Assembly: GCA_964035545.1 (NCBI GenBank)
Contig: CAXIUT010000124.1
Span: forward strand, 59,701 to 85,310
Origin: Bugula neritina
Lineage: Eukaryota; Animalia; Bryozoa
Reading direction: 5' to 3'
Length of the DNA: 25,610 nucleotides
In this document: positions 1 through 13,208 of the stretch, piece after piece
How the letters are laid out: the number at the start of each line of letters is the position of its first letter
How positions within the stretch are numbered: the first letter of the stretch is position 1
Program-made: the position numbers and the translations under genes
Notes under the pieces: model-generated
Databases searched by the model: none
Told to the model about the DNA's origin: nothing
Seen by the model: only the letters and a program-made list of their open reading frames with translations

Positions 1-93
1 CCCAACCCCAACCCCAACCCCAACCCCAACCCCAACCCCAACCCCAACCCCAACCCCAACCCCAACCCCAACCCCAACCCCAACCCCAACCCC
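1..93 (+). repeat. Left telomere (CCCCAA)n
   Basis: Perfect C4A2 tandem repeats at the sequence start; the Tetrahymena-type TTGGGG telomere on its C-strand. Confidence 0.99.
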
Positions 94-221
94 TTAAACT
101 AGTTTAATAAAGTAGTAATAAATATTTTAAATAAATGTTTATCTTTAATATGATTATGATATGAACTATTAGCAAAATAAGATCAAAATATGATATTTAA
201 AAGTAATAGCTTGTCATAGAA

Positions 222-1756
222 ATGGCTATGTAAAATTGCCGCCAGTATTGCTATTTTAATCGCTTTAAATTAACTTGCTATATATCAATTCTCACTTGCT
301 ATATGACATCCTATTCCAAAAAATAGCCCATGATTAATGAAAACGAATCTTTCGTCAATGATACCTAGTACAAAAAACTTATCTCATAATCTCTATACAT
401 CCAAGAAATGCTTTTCGATTAAAAGTACAAAGGAAGTTAGCAACCACTCAAATTTGCCCTCCTTAATGAAGAACTACAAAACTTTAATATCAAAGTTGTT
501 TAATCAGGTAACTAGTAAGATTAGCCTTCTGAAGGAGAATAATAAAGAGACTAAGAGCTGAGAAGAAGAATTGCCGAATTTAACAGAGTATCGAAACAGG
601 GAAGAATCAAAGATAAAAAGGGAAGAAGTAAAAGACAATAAGGAAAAACAGTCAGAAAAATAAGAACCACTATCACTCCTGTAAAACTATAAGAAATGAA
701 TATCATCTTCAAAGAATATCTCTAGAATCAAGAAGTAAATATTTCTTAAAGTAGAAATTAAAAGGTTAACCTAAACTTGAATCATCAGAACTTGAAAAAA
801 CAATAGAAATGTAAAGTTTAAAATCGATTGGAGAAAGGTTAGGACTGGGCTACTCTACTATTTTACATAAATTTAGAGAATTTAGAGCAACTAAAAAAGT
901 CAAAGGAGGAGCTCTAATTGCCGCCATCAATCAAAAGCGCAAGTACAAGAAATCTAAAGATATTGAAGAAATTATTACTAAAGCTCTAAACGATGGAACT
1001 TTCTATACTGCAGTTTAATTGGCTAGTTACATAAAAAAACATTATGGAAAAACTCTCTCACGTTCCATTATATCTCGTCACCTTGGATAGATGGGATACT
1101 CATACAAAAATGTTAAACCCAAATCAGTCAACAAAAACACTCCCAGAATAAAATAATATCGAAAACAATATGCTGCAGCCTTATCTCTACTCGTTTATCG
1201 ATAAAACTATTCAGTTTCTTATCTCGATTAATATGCTTTTTCATTTAGTGAAATGCCCAGAAAAAATAACTCTTATCCTTAAGAATCATGGAAGAATAGT
1301 GGAGATGTCTATATTACTCTTTTAGTTTCAGCCTAAGGAGTAGTTGAGTATCAATTATCACATTAAAGTCTACAAAATTAAGAATTCTATTACTTCCTTC
1401 AACGTTCAGAAGATGCACTATTAAAGACAAACTTAAACAGTAAAAATATCATAGTTATGGACATTGATAATCCAGTTCATGTTTGTGATGAAGTTAGTTT
1501 TGATACAAGAGAAAGAATGAAAAAGAAAGACATCAAACTATTTTATTTGCCACCACATTCTCCCCAACTAAATGCCCACTTCTGGCTATTCCAAAGCTTC
1601 AAAGAACTACTTAGTCATCATGAATACTAGAATTTTGAAGATTTCAAAAGATATATTGAAATGCAACTCAATCAATTGTCAAAGAGTAGTCTAGATTGTT
1701 ATTTTTCTGATACAACTATCCACATCAACAAATGCTTAAATATGCAAAACCTTTGA
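222..1756 (+). CDS. IS630/Tc1-mariner (DDE) transposase-like protein, ~504 aa, catalytic site degenerate; intron 735-754
   Basis: Under UAR=Glu: HTH (SLKSIGERLGLGYSTILHKF), second HTH (KHYGKTLSRSIISRHLGEMGYSYK), YLDE (1220-1231), IIVMDIDNPVH, and LFYLPPHSPQLNAHFWLFQSFK (family motif LPPYSPELNPIE). Open to TGA 1754-1756. Start codon uncertain. Confidence 0.82.
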
Positions 1757-1857
1757 TTGTCTGACTTCATTATTTTATCTAAATAAAAATCAATATCAAA
1801 CCAAGTATGATGGTTAATCATTGTATTTATTTTGTACCTATTAAAATTATATTAACA

Positions 1858-2229
1858 ATGAAACGGAAGTTCGAACTATTTTCATCAAAAGATAAAAACA
1901 GAAGTTATTAGAGATCTCAATCTAAAAGAAAAATATCAATTGTTAGCTAATCTAGCACTCTTCATATATAAAAAAATACTCCTTCCAATAAATCCTTCAT
2001 TAACACAATCATGTGTATGCAATTCTAAAACCCAGAAAAGACATAGTTATAAAATTTAGTTGAATATCGTACAAAAACTTCAAGAAGTAAAAGATATAGT
2101 TCTACAATAACATAAAGCATCAATAGCACAAGATAAATTCCTTAATTAATAGTAGAAAATGATAGATTTAGTCAAAGTCTTTTATGGAACAACAATTCAC
2201 CAATCAACGGCCTAAAAGGTCTTCTTTGA
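1858..2229 (+). CDS. Hypothetical Ser/Lys-rich protein, 123 aa
   Basis: ATG to TGA open frame under UAR=Glu, flanked by AT-rich spacers; no recognisable domain. Confidence 0.5.
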
Positions 2230-2393
2230 TTTAGTTATACTTATTTTTTGATTTTTATTAAAGAATATTTCCTTTAACAATTTAACTATGATCGTATTTA
2301 GATAGCTATGAGGTTTTTTAATATTTTTATTGATGATTATCTAAGTTAATTAAAGATAAAATCATTCCATTTATAATTTTAAGATATTAAATA

Positions 2394-2612
2394 ATGAGTG
2401 TCTTGATCAGGATTTTATTGGGCATGACTGCAGGTACCTACTTCGCATAAAAAAATGTTCCTTTTCCAATAAAATATAATAAAAGAGATAATGGGAAAAC
2501 AGGATCTCTCGAGTTGGATCTGCAAATAGTAGATACCATTATCTATGACATAAGAAGTACAATCGGCTACGGCTCAAATCAATAAATAAATTATAAAGCA
2601 AAAGAAACTTGA
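2394..2612 (+). CDS. Small protein (72 aa) with N-terminal hydrophobic segment
   Basis: MSVLIRILLGMTAGTYFAEKNVPFPIK...; locally higher GC than flanks; ends in TGA. Confidence 0.5.
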
Positions 2613-3105
2613 TTATTAAATATACCAATAAGTTTATCAAAGTCTTTTTTAAAATCTTGAAGAAAAATTCAATGTAAATATTGTATTAAACATCAATATA
2701 ATTAAAAAAAGATGACTAATACTCAAACATTATTTTTAGAGATTCTATTAAAGCTTCTTTATTTTTTTATTAATAAATATCATTCGAACAATCATCATAA
2801 CTCTATCTTACTAAAGGTTCGTCATAACAATATTTTTCTAAACAAAAGAAGTTTTTTAGTGATAGATTATTAGCATATATATATTTATCGATCTTTTTCT
2901 TCTTGAAAAATCAATTTTATTTTTGGGCTTTATCTTCTAGTTGAACTTTTTTGATCGTTTTTCGTCATAAAAAAAAGTTCAATAGCAAAAACAAATTACC
3001 AATCTCTTAATTGGTTATATTTGAGCCTTCTATTCCCAAAACCAAGTTAAAAAATATGAAAAATCTAGGAAAAATAAGTTTATTGATGAAGTTTGATTAT
3101 AAAAA

Positions 3106-3854
3106 TCATACTAAATAAGTATAAACTTATTGTTTGATAGATTATCCTTCCTGTTTCTCCTGTTTTTTAGCTTGTAGTCGAAGAATCTTTCCAAAGAATC
3201 TGTTTTTAATCTGATTCCTACTTCTTGAGCTTAATCTTTATTGAATAAGTTTCCAATTTCTTCCATGCTAATTAACCATCTCTATCAATAATAAATCTTC
3301 ATCAACAGTCCACTCTTCTTTGTTGAGATTGGGTCGTAGATAGTTTTAATAATGATCTTTGAGCTGTTTATGGTTTCTTTCTAAATTACGTTGAAGTTAC
3401 TTACAAAACTCTTTGCGAGGAATTACCATCTGTTAGAGCCATATTCTTGGACTAATTTTGTTAATTTTTAGTCTTAAGCATTGCTCCAACTCTATTTTGA
3501 TTGATTTGATAGTCTTCGGAATCTACTATAGCACATTTTAGCATTTCTTCCTGGAAGAAATTTTGAAATTTCTTAGAACTTAACATCTTAATTCTGACAA
3601 TGCTGAAGCAAAATACAGTCCTATTCTTCAGTCCAAGCTTTTTTGGTTTGTTTATACCCTTCTCGAATTAAATCTTACCTTGTTACAATGACCTTCTATC
3701 CCTCTTCAGGTAAATCATTAGAATTTTCAGCGCTCTTGAACTAAGAGATTTCTGGTGTAGTAGTACTCAGAGGAGCTGTAGTTAGGATAGAACTTGGATC
3801 TGGCAAAAGCACATAGAATAAGGGCTGATAGATATTGTTTCCAAAGTAGTTCAT
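3106..3854 (-). CDS. Myb-family (three-repeat) DNA-binding protein; intron 3381-3400
   Basis: Repeats KAWTEEED...LPGRNAKMCYSRF, SWSNAED...YGSNRW...RNHKQLKDHYENYLRPNLNKEEWTVDED...HGRNWK...RSRNQIKNRF. Confidence 0.92.
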
Positions 3855-4170
3855 GGTTTTCAAAAAATATGATATAATTATATAACAAATATTAGTGTTT
3901 ATATGCTATTCAGTCGAATACTGACTTTTACATTTTGCCATATTTTTAGCTTAATAAAGACTAACTTGCTCTCCAAATATTCAAAATTTCTAACTTTTAT
4001 CTAATCATGATTTTTTTTCTCTAAAAAAAGTCAAATAGTAATTTATTTTATAAAGCATATATTTTAGAGCATTCTATTTAGTTTTAAACACTTATTTTTA
4101 CCTGTTTAGAAGCTAATTTGAAAGAATTAAGGATTTAGTTACTCAATTTATTTATTTTATTTATTTTATT

Positions 4171-5198
4171 ATGAAAGGTTAATTAAAAACAATATTAATT
4201 AGAACAAGAAAGTGGCTTTTTAGAAGAGATTTCTATAAATTAATATAGTTAACTAAAAATGGATTGATATTGCATAAAAAAGAAGAATGTAGATCAAAAG
4301 AAAATAATATCTGGATCTTAATTTTACCATTTAAAGCTGGGATGATGTTGAAGATAAAGTTTTGTTCGAATAATTAAACGATTTAACTACATTATACTAT
4401 CGAATCTAGAATGTATTAAAGATAGATAAAAGGACTCCTTAATAAAAAAGAAATAAATGGTAAAAATTCTAAAGCTAAATGACAAAATAATTTTTAAAGA
4501 ATTAATTCTATGAAAAACTAAGATGTATCGCTTTTTAAAAACTATTTCTCAATTAACTGAACATGAAAAAAATAATAACTCACATTAATTTATGCTGTAA
4601 AACTTTAATTTCTATCAGTTTAAGTCGAAATAATGTTGGAAATGAAGGAGTATCAATGTTAACTAAACTACAAGGAAATTATCTGAGAAAAATATGTTTA
4701 AATTATTGTAACTTAACTTCATAAAGTGGCTTTTAGCTAACAAAATGGTAACTTCCAGAACTCAGAGACTTAGCAATTTCCAATAATTTAATACGAAACA
4801 AAGGATTAAAATATCTACAAAAAGGAAAATGGCCCAATCTTTCATAGTTATATCTTGTAAATATTGGAATTTCAGCTGATGTATTGAAACAGCTAATCAG
4901 ACATAACTGGCACAAAATGATGAGGATTACTTTAAGTCATATAGGTTGGATCAGCTCATAAAATTTAAAGATCTTCACAAAATCTAAATATTAATTAAAA
5001 ATTTTTACTAAAAAAGATTAATTAGACATGACTTTAACTTGTGAGGAAAATGATAATTTGAAAAAAGAATTTATTGAGGCGTACTTTCTTATTCTACCAA
5101 TTAAAGATTAAAATTGGATCAGAAAAGAGTATAAAAACATCATCAGTAAACCACTCTAGGTTCCATATAAATCTCGAAGGGATAACATGATTTTATGA
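4171..5198 (+). CDS. Leucine-rich repeat protein; probable intron 4413-4432
   Basis: LRR units LISISLSRNNVGNEG, LRKICLNYCNLT, LPELRDLAISNNLIRNKG, WPNLSELYLVNIGI. The 5' exon is less certain. Confidence 0.75.
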
Positions 5199-5679
5199 TT
5201 TTTCTTTTCTTTTCAATTCTAAAAGTTACTTCATTGCAAAAAATCTTTAGAAATTTTACCACATAGATAAAGTAATAATATATTTTAATATTTATCTTTA
5301 TGATCATATTTTAAAATTACTATCAAATGAATCTGCATATTAAATAACCTAAAAATTCCAGCTTTTAGAACTCAACTAAAATAGTATTAAATAATCGATT
5401 AGAACATTAATATTGAAACTATATAATATAATTCTTTAAATAGTCTTACAACCTATATATTATGAACACACTTCTACTATCGTTTCAGAATAAATAATAT
5501 TATAGATATATTTTTAGTAAAAATTATCTCGTGTAACTAATAAATACTTATTTTTTATGAATCCTCAAAAATGAAAGAAAGCATAAATCAGTTATTAAAC
5601 AAAGAAATGAAGTCTACTTATATTAATATTATTTTATTTAAAGCAAAATTGTTAAATATCGTATCTTGACAAGTAAAAA

Positions 5680-5768
5680 CCCAACCCCAACCCCAACCCC
5701 AACCCCAACCCCAACCCCAACCCCAACCCCAACCCCAACCCCAACCCCAACCCCAACCCCAACCCCAA
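5680..5768 (+). repeat. Internal telomeric tract (CCCCAA)n, 89 nt
   Basis: Perfect C4A2 repeats in left-end orientation inside an AT-rich intergenic region. Confidence 0.98.
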
Positions 5769-6124
5769 TGGAGAAAAAATATATATCAAATATGCCAATT
5801 GACTTGTATTTGTATTAAAAAAATATTTTAAGATAATCAGGATAATAATAAATAGAATAGTTATCTGTCGTTATCTTTTTTAATAATTTTACTGCCTTTA
5901 TCAAACAAAAATAGTAGTTTTCAGATATTTTTTGGCATAATATTCTCTAATATTGACAAAACTTCATGATAAATTATTTATTGATACTTAATATCTAGCA
6001 AATCCATGATAAAAATCAAAAGAACAAAAATCAATTTTGCATTAATCATTTTCTAAATGTTCTACTTTTTATTTTACTATTTTAATTTTCTCAAATAAAT
6101 ATAAATAAATTATCATTTTAATCA

Positions 6125-7064
6125 ATGGGTGTAATTTTATTAGAGAATTATATTTAATTTAATTTGGAGGGATAATCTAAAGAAATGAAATAAGAAGAAG
6201 GCATCTAAATTGTTCGCAGTTATAAAAGCGAAGCCATCTCCTAAGTTCGACTTAATAGCTAAAAGACATTTACCTGGGAACAAATAAGGAATAAGCTTAC
6301 TAAATATATTTTTACTCATCAAAAACTAAGGATTCATCCTCATTTGCTAATTGCCAACATCTCTTAAGACTCTACTTTGAGATAAATTCTTGTGTATCTC
6401 CTTAAAGATAATGAAAAAATATTAAAATCATTAACTTTAATACGATCGTCTGGACCAAAATCCTATCAAATATTAGAAACAGGTCTTGTTAACTTGAAAG
6501 AGCTTAGTCTAAGAGAATAAATCTTCAAAAATAGAGATTTCAAAGCTCTTGCTCAGCTAAATCTGACAAGTTTAAAAAAAATAGACCTCGGATAAAATTT
6601 GATCTTATCATATGATGCCCTTAAATTACTTCCAAAAATGATTTTTTTTAAGCAAAGTTAGAAAATTGACTCTAAACATCAATCAACTTTAATAAAACAT
6701 AAATATAATTTCTTCTTCAAATAGAAATACTCACTAATCTTCTTCTAGAAACAGAAATGGTAATAGACTTTCCTCAGCAGATAAATCACTTAAACTATTG
6801 GAAACTTTGAGAAAAATTTCATTTCACAGTGAATGCCAAATTACCTTTTCTCACCATTTTTTCGCCAGCTACTATTTGATATACTATGTCTATTTCCAAA
6901 ACCTTAAATTTTGTATGTAGCCAGGAGCAAGAGTAAATTCATTATCACAAAAGTTCAGGATAGTTTTTGATAATAGAAGGAGTAAAGAATAGGATAGAGT
7001 TGATCATACAATACCATAGATATAGTTTACCAACTCTTACCGATTATTAAGGTAAAATATATGA
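6125..7064 (+). CDS. LRR-like protein with an apparent +1 frameshift at T8 run 6642-6649
   Basis: LRR-like units LVNLKELSLRE, LTSLKKIDLGENLI. The next unit (LSKVRKLTLNINQL) is in a frame that opens right at the T run and ends at TGA 7062-7064. Confidence 0.55.
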
Positions 7065-7248
7065 TTTGTGATTCATCTAAATACTATTAAATGACAAGTA
7101 ATAGATAATATATCTTCTTCTTCAAACAAAAAATATCAATAACAATATTATAAAACAATAATATAAACATAAGTTGAGATTAATTTAATTGATATTTATG
7201 CTTCTTTAGAAGGGATTAATAAAATATAAGATAATAAAAATATCGTCA

Positions 7249-9182
7249 ATGTTAACTAATATTCAAACAACTAGAAAATCTTGGAATTAATCTAGAAACA
7301 ACGGAATACAACCTAAACTCAGTCTTGAAGGTCACAACCTTTTTCCTCAAATATCTTATGCAAGAACATATCAATCTATTCGATAGCAACCTTTTCTTAA
7401 TATTCTTAAAAAACCCATCATGACTCTCTATGATCGAGCCCAGCTGCGTTCATCGTCAAAACCAGTTTGTATCGTTGGGATGCAAAAATAAGTTGAAACT
7501 CGACATATCAGGACAGGATATATGAAAAAGACGAGACATTAAATCAAAGAAACCAGTTTCAAAAAAGACAATTCTATCATATTTACACCATCTTTTTCAA
7601 AAACCTAAATTTAAAGCATTTGCAATACTTCTAATAATCTTACATCTGCTAGCAAAAATCTTCCTGAAGATAGTAATTTTTATATTATTGGTCCTGGAAA
7701 TAACAAAGATATTGTTGAAGAAGTAATTAAAAGAAGAAATGGTTGGGTGTCTTCAAGTAGTTATCTTTTAATATAGAAAATTCTATTTTTCATTTTCGAT
7801 GGGAACAAGCAAGACCTAAATTTCAAAACCTATCAGCTCCTCATAAACAAGTTTTAAATCACTTACCAGGTCATGAAGTCATCAGTGATAAAGGAAATCT
7901 TTTGTTTAATCTCAAAATATACTGTTAAAAACATGAATAAACATTATACAAGATAGTACCAGCATCATTTATCCTCGATTTCAAAGCTTAAGATATTGAA
8001 TAATAAATGAAAAGGTTTATTATCTTCTTTTCACACTGTTTCAAAGAAGATATCATCATAGAATAGTTTGATTAATCAAAATAATTTAAAAATAATTCAC
8101 CTAAAAAAATTAATAATGAAGCATCAAATATAAATTCTCCTAAGAAAATATTTGATAAAAATAATAATTTAAGAAATTCTCAAATAAAAACAACATCAAA
8201 ATCATTAAATGATAGTAATATTTACTAAAATAAGAAGAAATAATAAAAAAATCTCTATAAACACTTTATAAACCAATTAAAACCACATTATATCTTCAAA
8301 GATATGTCAGTTGTTAAAAAATAAAGTTCATGGGTCTCAATCTAAGTTGATCCTGTCTATGGATAAAATTCTCTTTGGCTCTTAAAACCAAGTGATCTCA
8401 ATAGAGGAAGAGGCATCAAACTCTTTAGAACTGTCTAATAACTAGGATAATTATTGAGAAATTAACTTAATAAAAATGGTTAAGGAAGTTTTATTGTTCA
8501 GAAATATATCTAAAAACCTTTGTTAATCAATTAAAGAAAGTTTGATATTAGAGTATGGGCATTGGTTACTCACACAAAATAACTTTACTTTTTCCAATAA
8601 GGATACATCCGTTTAGCAAGTTAAACTTTTACATTAGACTCTTCAAGTTTATTTACTCATCTGACTAATAATGCAGTTCAAAAACATTCAACTAACTATG
8701 GTTGCTTTGAGTAAGGCAATATTTTACCAATATCTTATCTCTATGATGAAAATTATATCTAAAAAAATGACCTTTTTTCACAAATAAAACGTATTATCAT
8801 CTTATCAATTAAAGCTGCAGGACCTAAACTTTATTAAGCCTCAGAAAAGCATCAAAGTATATCAGTAGGAAATAGATAATCAAAGAAAGTGCAATCAAAA
8901 ATGAAGTATTTTGAAATATTTGGATATGATTTCATGCTTGACAGTAATAAACATGCCTGGCTTATTTAAGTAAATACTAATCCTTGTCTTTAGATAAGTA
9001 ATAAATGGCTTTCTACAATCGTTCCTAGAATGCTTGATGATGCCTTTAAGTTGACTCTTGATAAAATCTTCCCTCCTAAAAAAATATCTATGGAATAAGT
9101 TGTAAAATACAAAGTTTAAGGATATCAGGATGAAGTCAATATGTGGGAATTCCTTGAACTTCAATAAAATAATTTAAATTGA
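7249..9182 (+). CDS. Tubulin-tyrosine ligase-like (TTLL) family protein; intron 7757-7776
   Basis: Motifs IIGPGNN, WLLKPSDLNRGRGI, VQKYIEKPLLI, RKFDIRVWALV, HLTNNAVQK, FEIFGYDFMLD, WLIEVNTNPCLE. Alternative in-frame ATG at 7198. Confidence 0.95.
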
Positions 9183-9286
9183 TCAAAGGCTTGATAACTT
9201 TATAATATTAATAAGCAACATATAGCCTTTATTTATCAACTAATTTATTCTTATCTTATAGATGAAATATAAGAGTTTAGATATTT

Positions 9287-9297
9287 AAAACCCATAA
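9287..9297 (+). promoter_or_regulatory. Upstream/proximal sequence element (AAAACCCATAA) of the telomerase RNA gene
   Basis: CCCATAA core ~55 nt upstream of the predicted RNA 5' end, matching in sequence and position the element known upstream of Tetrahymena telomerase RNA and snRNA genes. Confidence 0.8.
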
Positions 9298-9346
9298 GGT
9301 AATATTTAAAATATTTTTGGATATTTATTCAGATGGATAATATAAG

Positions 9347-9522
9347 AGTGGAAGTATCAATACATTCTGACTCTTGTCAGTCACTCAACCCCAAAAAAAT
9401 CCCAAATTTGAGGAGTTTTCCCTTTCACCTTAGTAAATAAAAAGGGGATGCTACTTCCTGCAGCGTTAAAATCTTGTATGTTCCTCACCACTCAACATCC
9501 AAGATCGACTGCCACAATTTTT
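9347..9522 (+). ncRNA. TER: Telomerase RNA (ciliate type, ~175 nt, Pol III)
   Basis: Template CAACCCCAA 9386-9394, preceded by GTCA plus 2 nt. CATT 9363-9366 then stem II CTGAC/GTCAG (9367-9380). Stem I GGAAGTA 9350-9356 / TACTTCC 9452-9458. Pseudoknot TTGAGG 9408-9413 / CCTTAG 9428-9433 and TTCCCTTT 9418-9425 / AAAGGGGA 9441-9448. Stem IV 9460-9512. T5 at 9518-9522. The 5' end is approximate. Confidence 0.93.
9518..9522 (+). terminator. Pol III oligo-T terminator of telomerase RNA
   Basis: TTTTT just 3' of stem IV. Confidence 0.7.
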
Positions 9523-9672
9523 ATTGATTTTATTGAAAATAATCTTTTACTATTACCATCATCAATTATAGCTAAAAGGAAGTTAATCAATCATTAGTAG
9601 TTCTTGATAGTTAAAGTTTTATTTAATTATAAACATTTGAGTAGGTTTTGATATTATTGACGTTAGGTTATA

Positions 9673-11121
9673 ATGAGTTCAGACAGCGAAGACAGCTTTG
9701 TAGAACCCCGCCAGGCATCACATCTCAACAGTATCTGGAATAGTATACAAAAAACTAAACAACTCAGTCATTTACTCGATCACAGAACAAATCTACCTCA
9801 TCAATATTAAGCTCAATCCCTAAGAAAAGACAATGATTGCTAAGTTAGATAGTATAAATAAAATCTAACTCATTTACTAAAGAAGATTAAAATGCTATAA
9901 GAACAAAATAGACAGTTAGTTGCTAAACTAGAAGAATAAAAATAAACACAAGAAATAGGAATGTCTCGTTTGAAGAAAAACTATGAATAAAAGTTGAATA
10001 GTCAAATGAAAAGATTAAAAACAGCTGAAAAATAAAATTTAACAGCTAACAAAGACAATAGTTCTATGTAATCTTTAATTAGAGATAATTAAAAATTAGT
10101 TTTAAGAATCAAAGCAATGTAGCTTTAAAAGAAACATTATTAAATGGAAAAAATAAAATTATCATAAGTCAATGAAATATATTTATCATAACTATAAAAA
10201 GGAAACAACCCTCAATCGAATATCATTGGAAAAGGCTAACAATTGCTATAGTTATAATAAGCAAATCAAACTATTTGTCGTCTTGTTTAACTGTTAAGAA
10301 GAACTGAATAATATCGTTAATATGCTCCTATGATGCAAGAAATCGGTAATATGCATTATTTGAAGAATTTACTAAAAAGATTAAGAGCAAATCAACTGAA
10401 TTTCAAACCAATACAAAAGAAAGTATGTAGTTGTAGAGAAGTAAAATTGAACTAGAAGCTATTATGGACACCAGTTGAATGCTACAAAATAATGCTAGCA
10501 ATGAAGATGAAATATGACTATTTGAATGAAGATTGTATTGAGTAAGTTTTATTCTAAATAAATAAAATATATAAAGCTAAAGAATAAAAATCTATATTAA
10601 AAATAAAACAAACATATGAACAAGAAATACTAAAACTTAAAAAGCAAATTTAATATGGATATGATTAGATTTTAACTAAAAAACAAATAACAAGACTTAA
10701 AAAATAACTAAGAGTTGTAAAAAGTATACAAAAATCAAAAGCACCACCTAAAGTAGATTATCTTATGAATAATGGACAACTAACTGATCAACTAAAACTT
10801 AAATAAAAATAAATCAAATTGTTAAATTAAAGAATACATCTATTCTAAACTTAAAATGGATTTCAAGATAAATCACTTTATTATTAAGGCACTTTAGCTG
10901 CCTTAGATAGAGTTCTTTCATAGCTATAAAATAATTAAGCCAGTTTGAAAGAATTCTAAGTCAGATTTAGAGACAGAGTAGAAGATAACACTGAACCTTA
11001 AGATTGGCTATCAAGTTATAAAGAATTTTTCTAAATAATAGGATAAATCAGTGCAAGTTTAGCCTAAAGAGTACTTACTTTGAAATAATCTGTTCTAAAA
11101 AAGATGAGCAAAGCAGAATGA
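9673..11121 (+). CDS. Coiled-coil protein, 482 aa, unknown function
   Basis: Intronless ATG to TGA frame of 1449 nt under UAR=Glu; E/K/L-rich heptads. Confidence 0.85.
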
Positions 11122-11208
11122 TATGATTAATGTATTATATTAATGAAACGTTTCTTTTTTTTATGATGTAATAGTAAGATAATCGATATTACCGAATTAA
11201 TTATATTA

Positions 11209-13208
<2,000 letters not shown>

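Noticed and set aside
2620-2968. Possible minus-strand gene starting at ATG 2968
   Set aside because: Stops after 48 codons unless homopolymer frameshifts are assumed; no domain or clear end.
2941-2982. 12-bp inverted repeat TTGAACTTTTTT / AAAAAAGTTCAA
   Set aside because: Half of the stem is homopolymer in very AT-rich DNA; no other support for an RNA gene or element end.
9333-9527. 64-codon ORF overlapping the telomerase RNA
   Set aside because: No recognisable protein features. The region is fully explained by TER motifs and structure, and short ORFs are common when TGA is the only stop.
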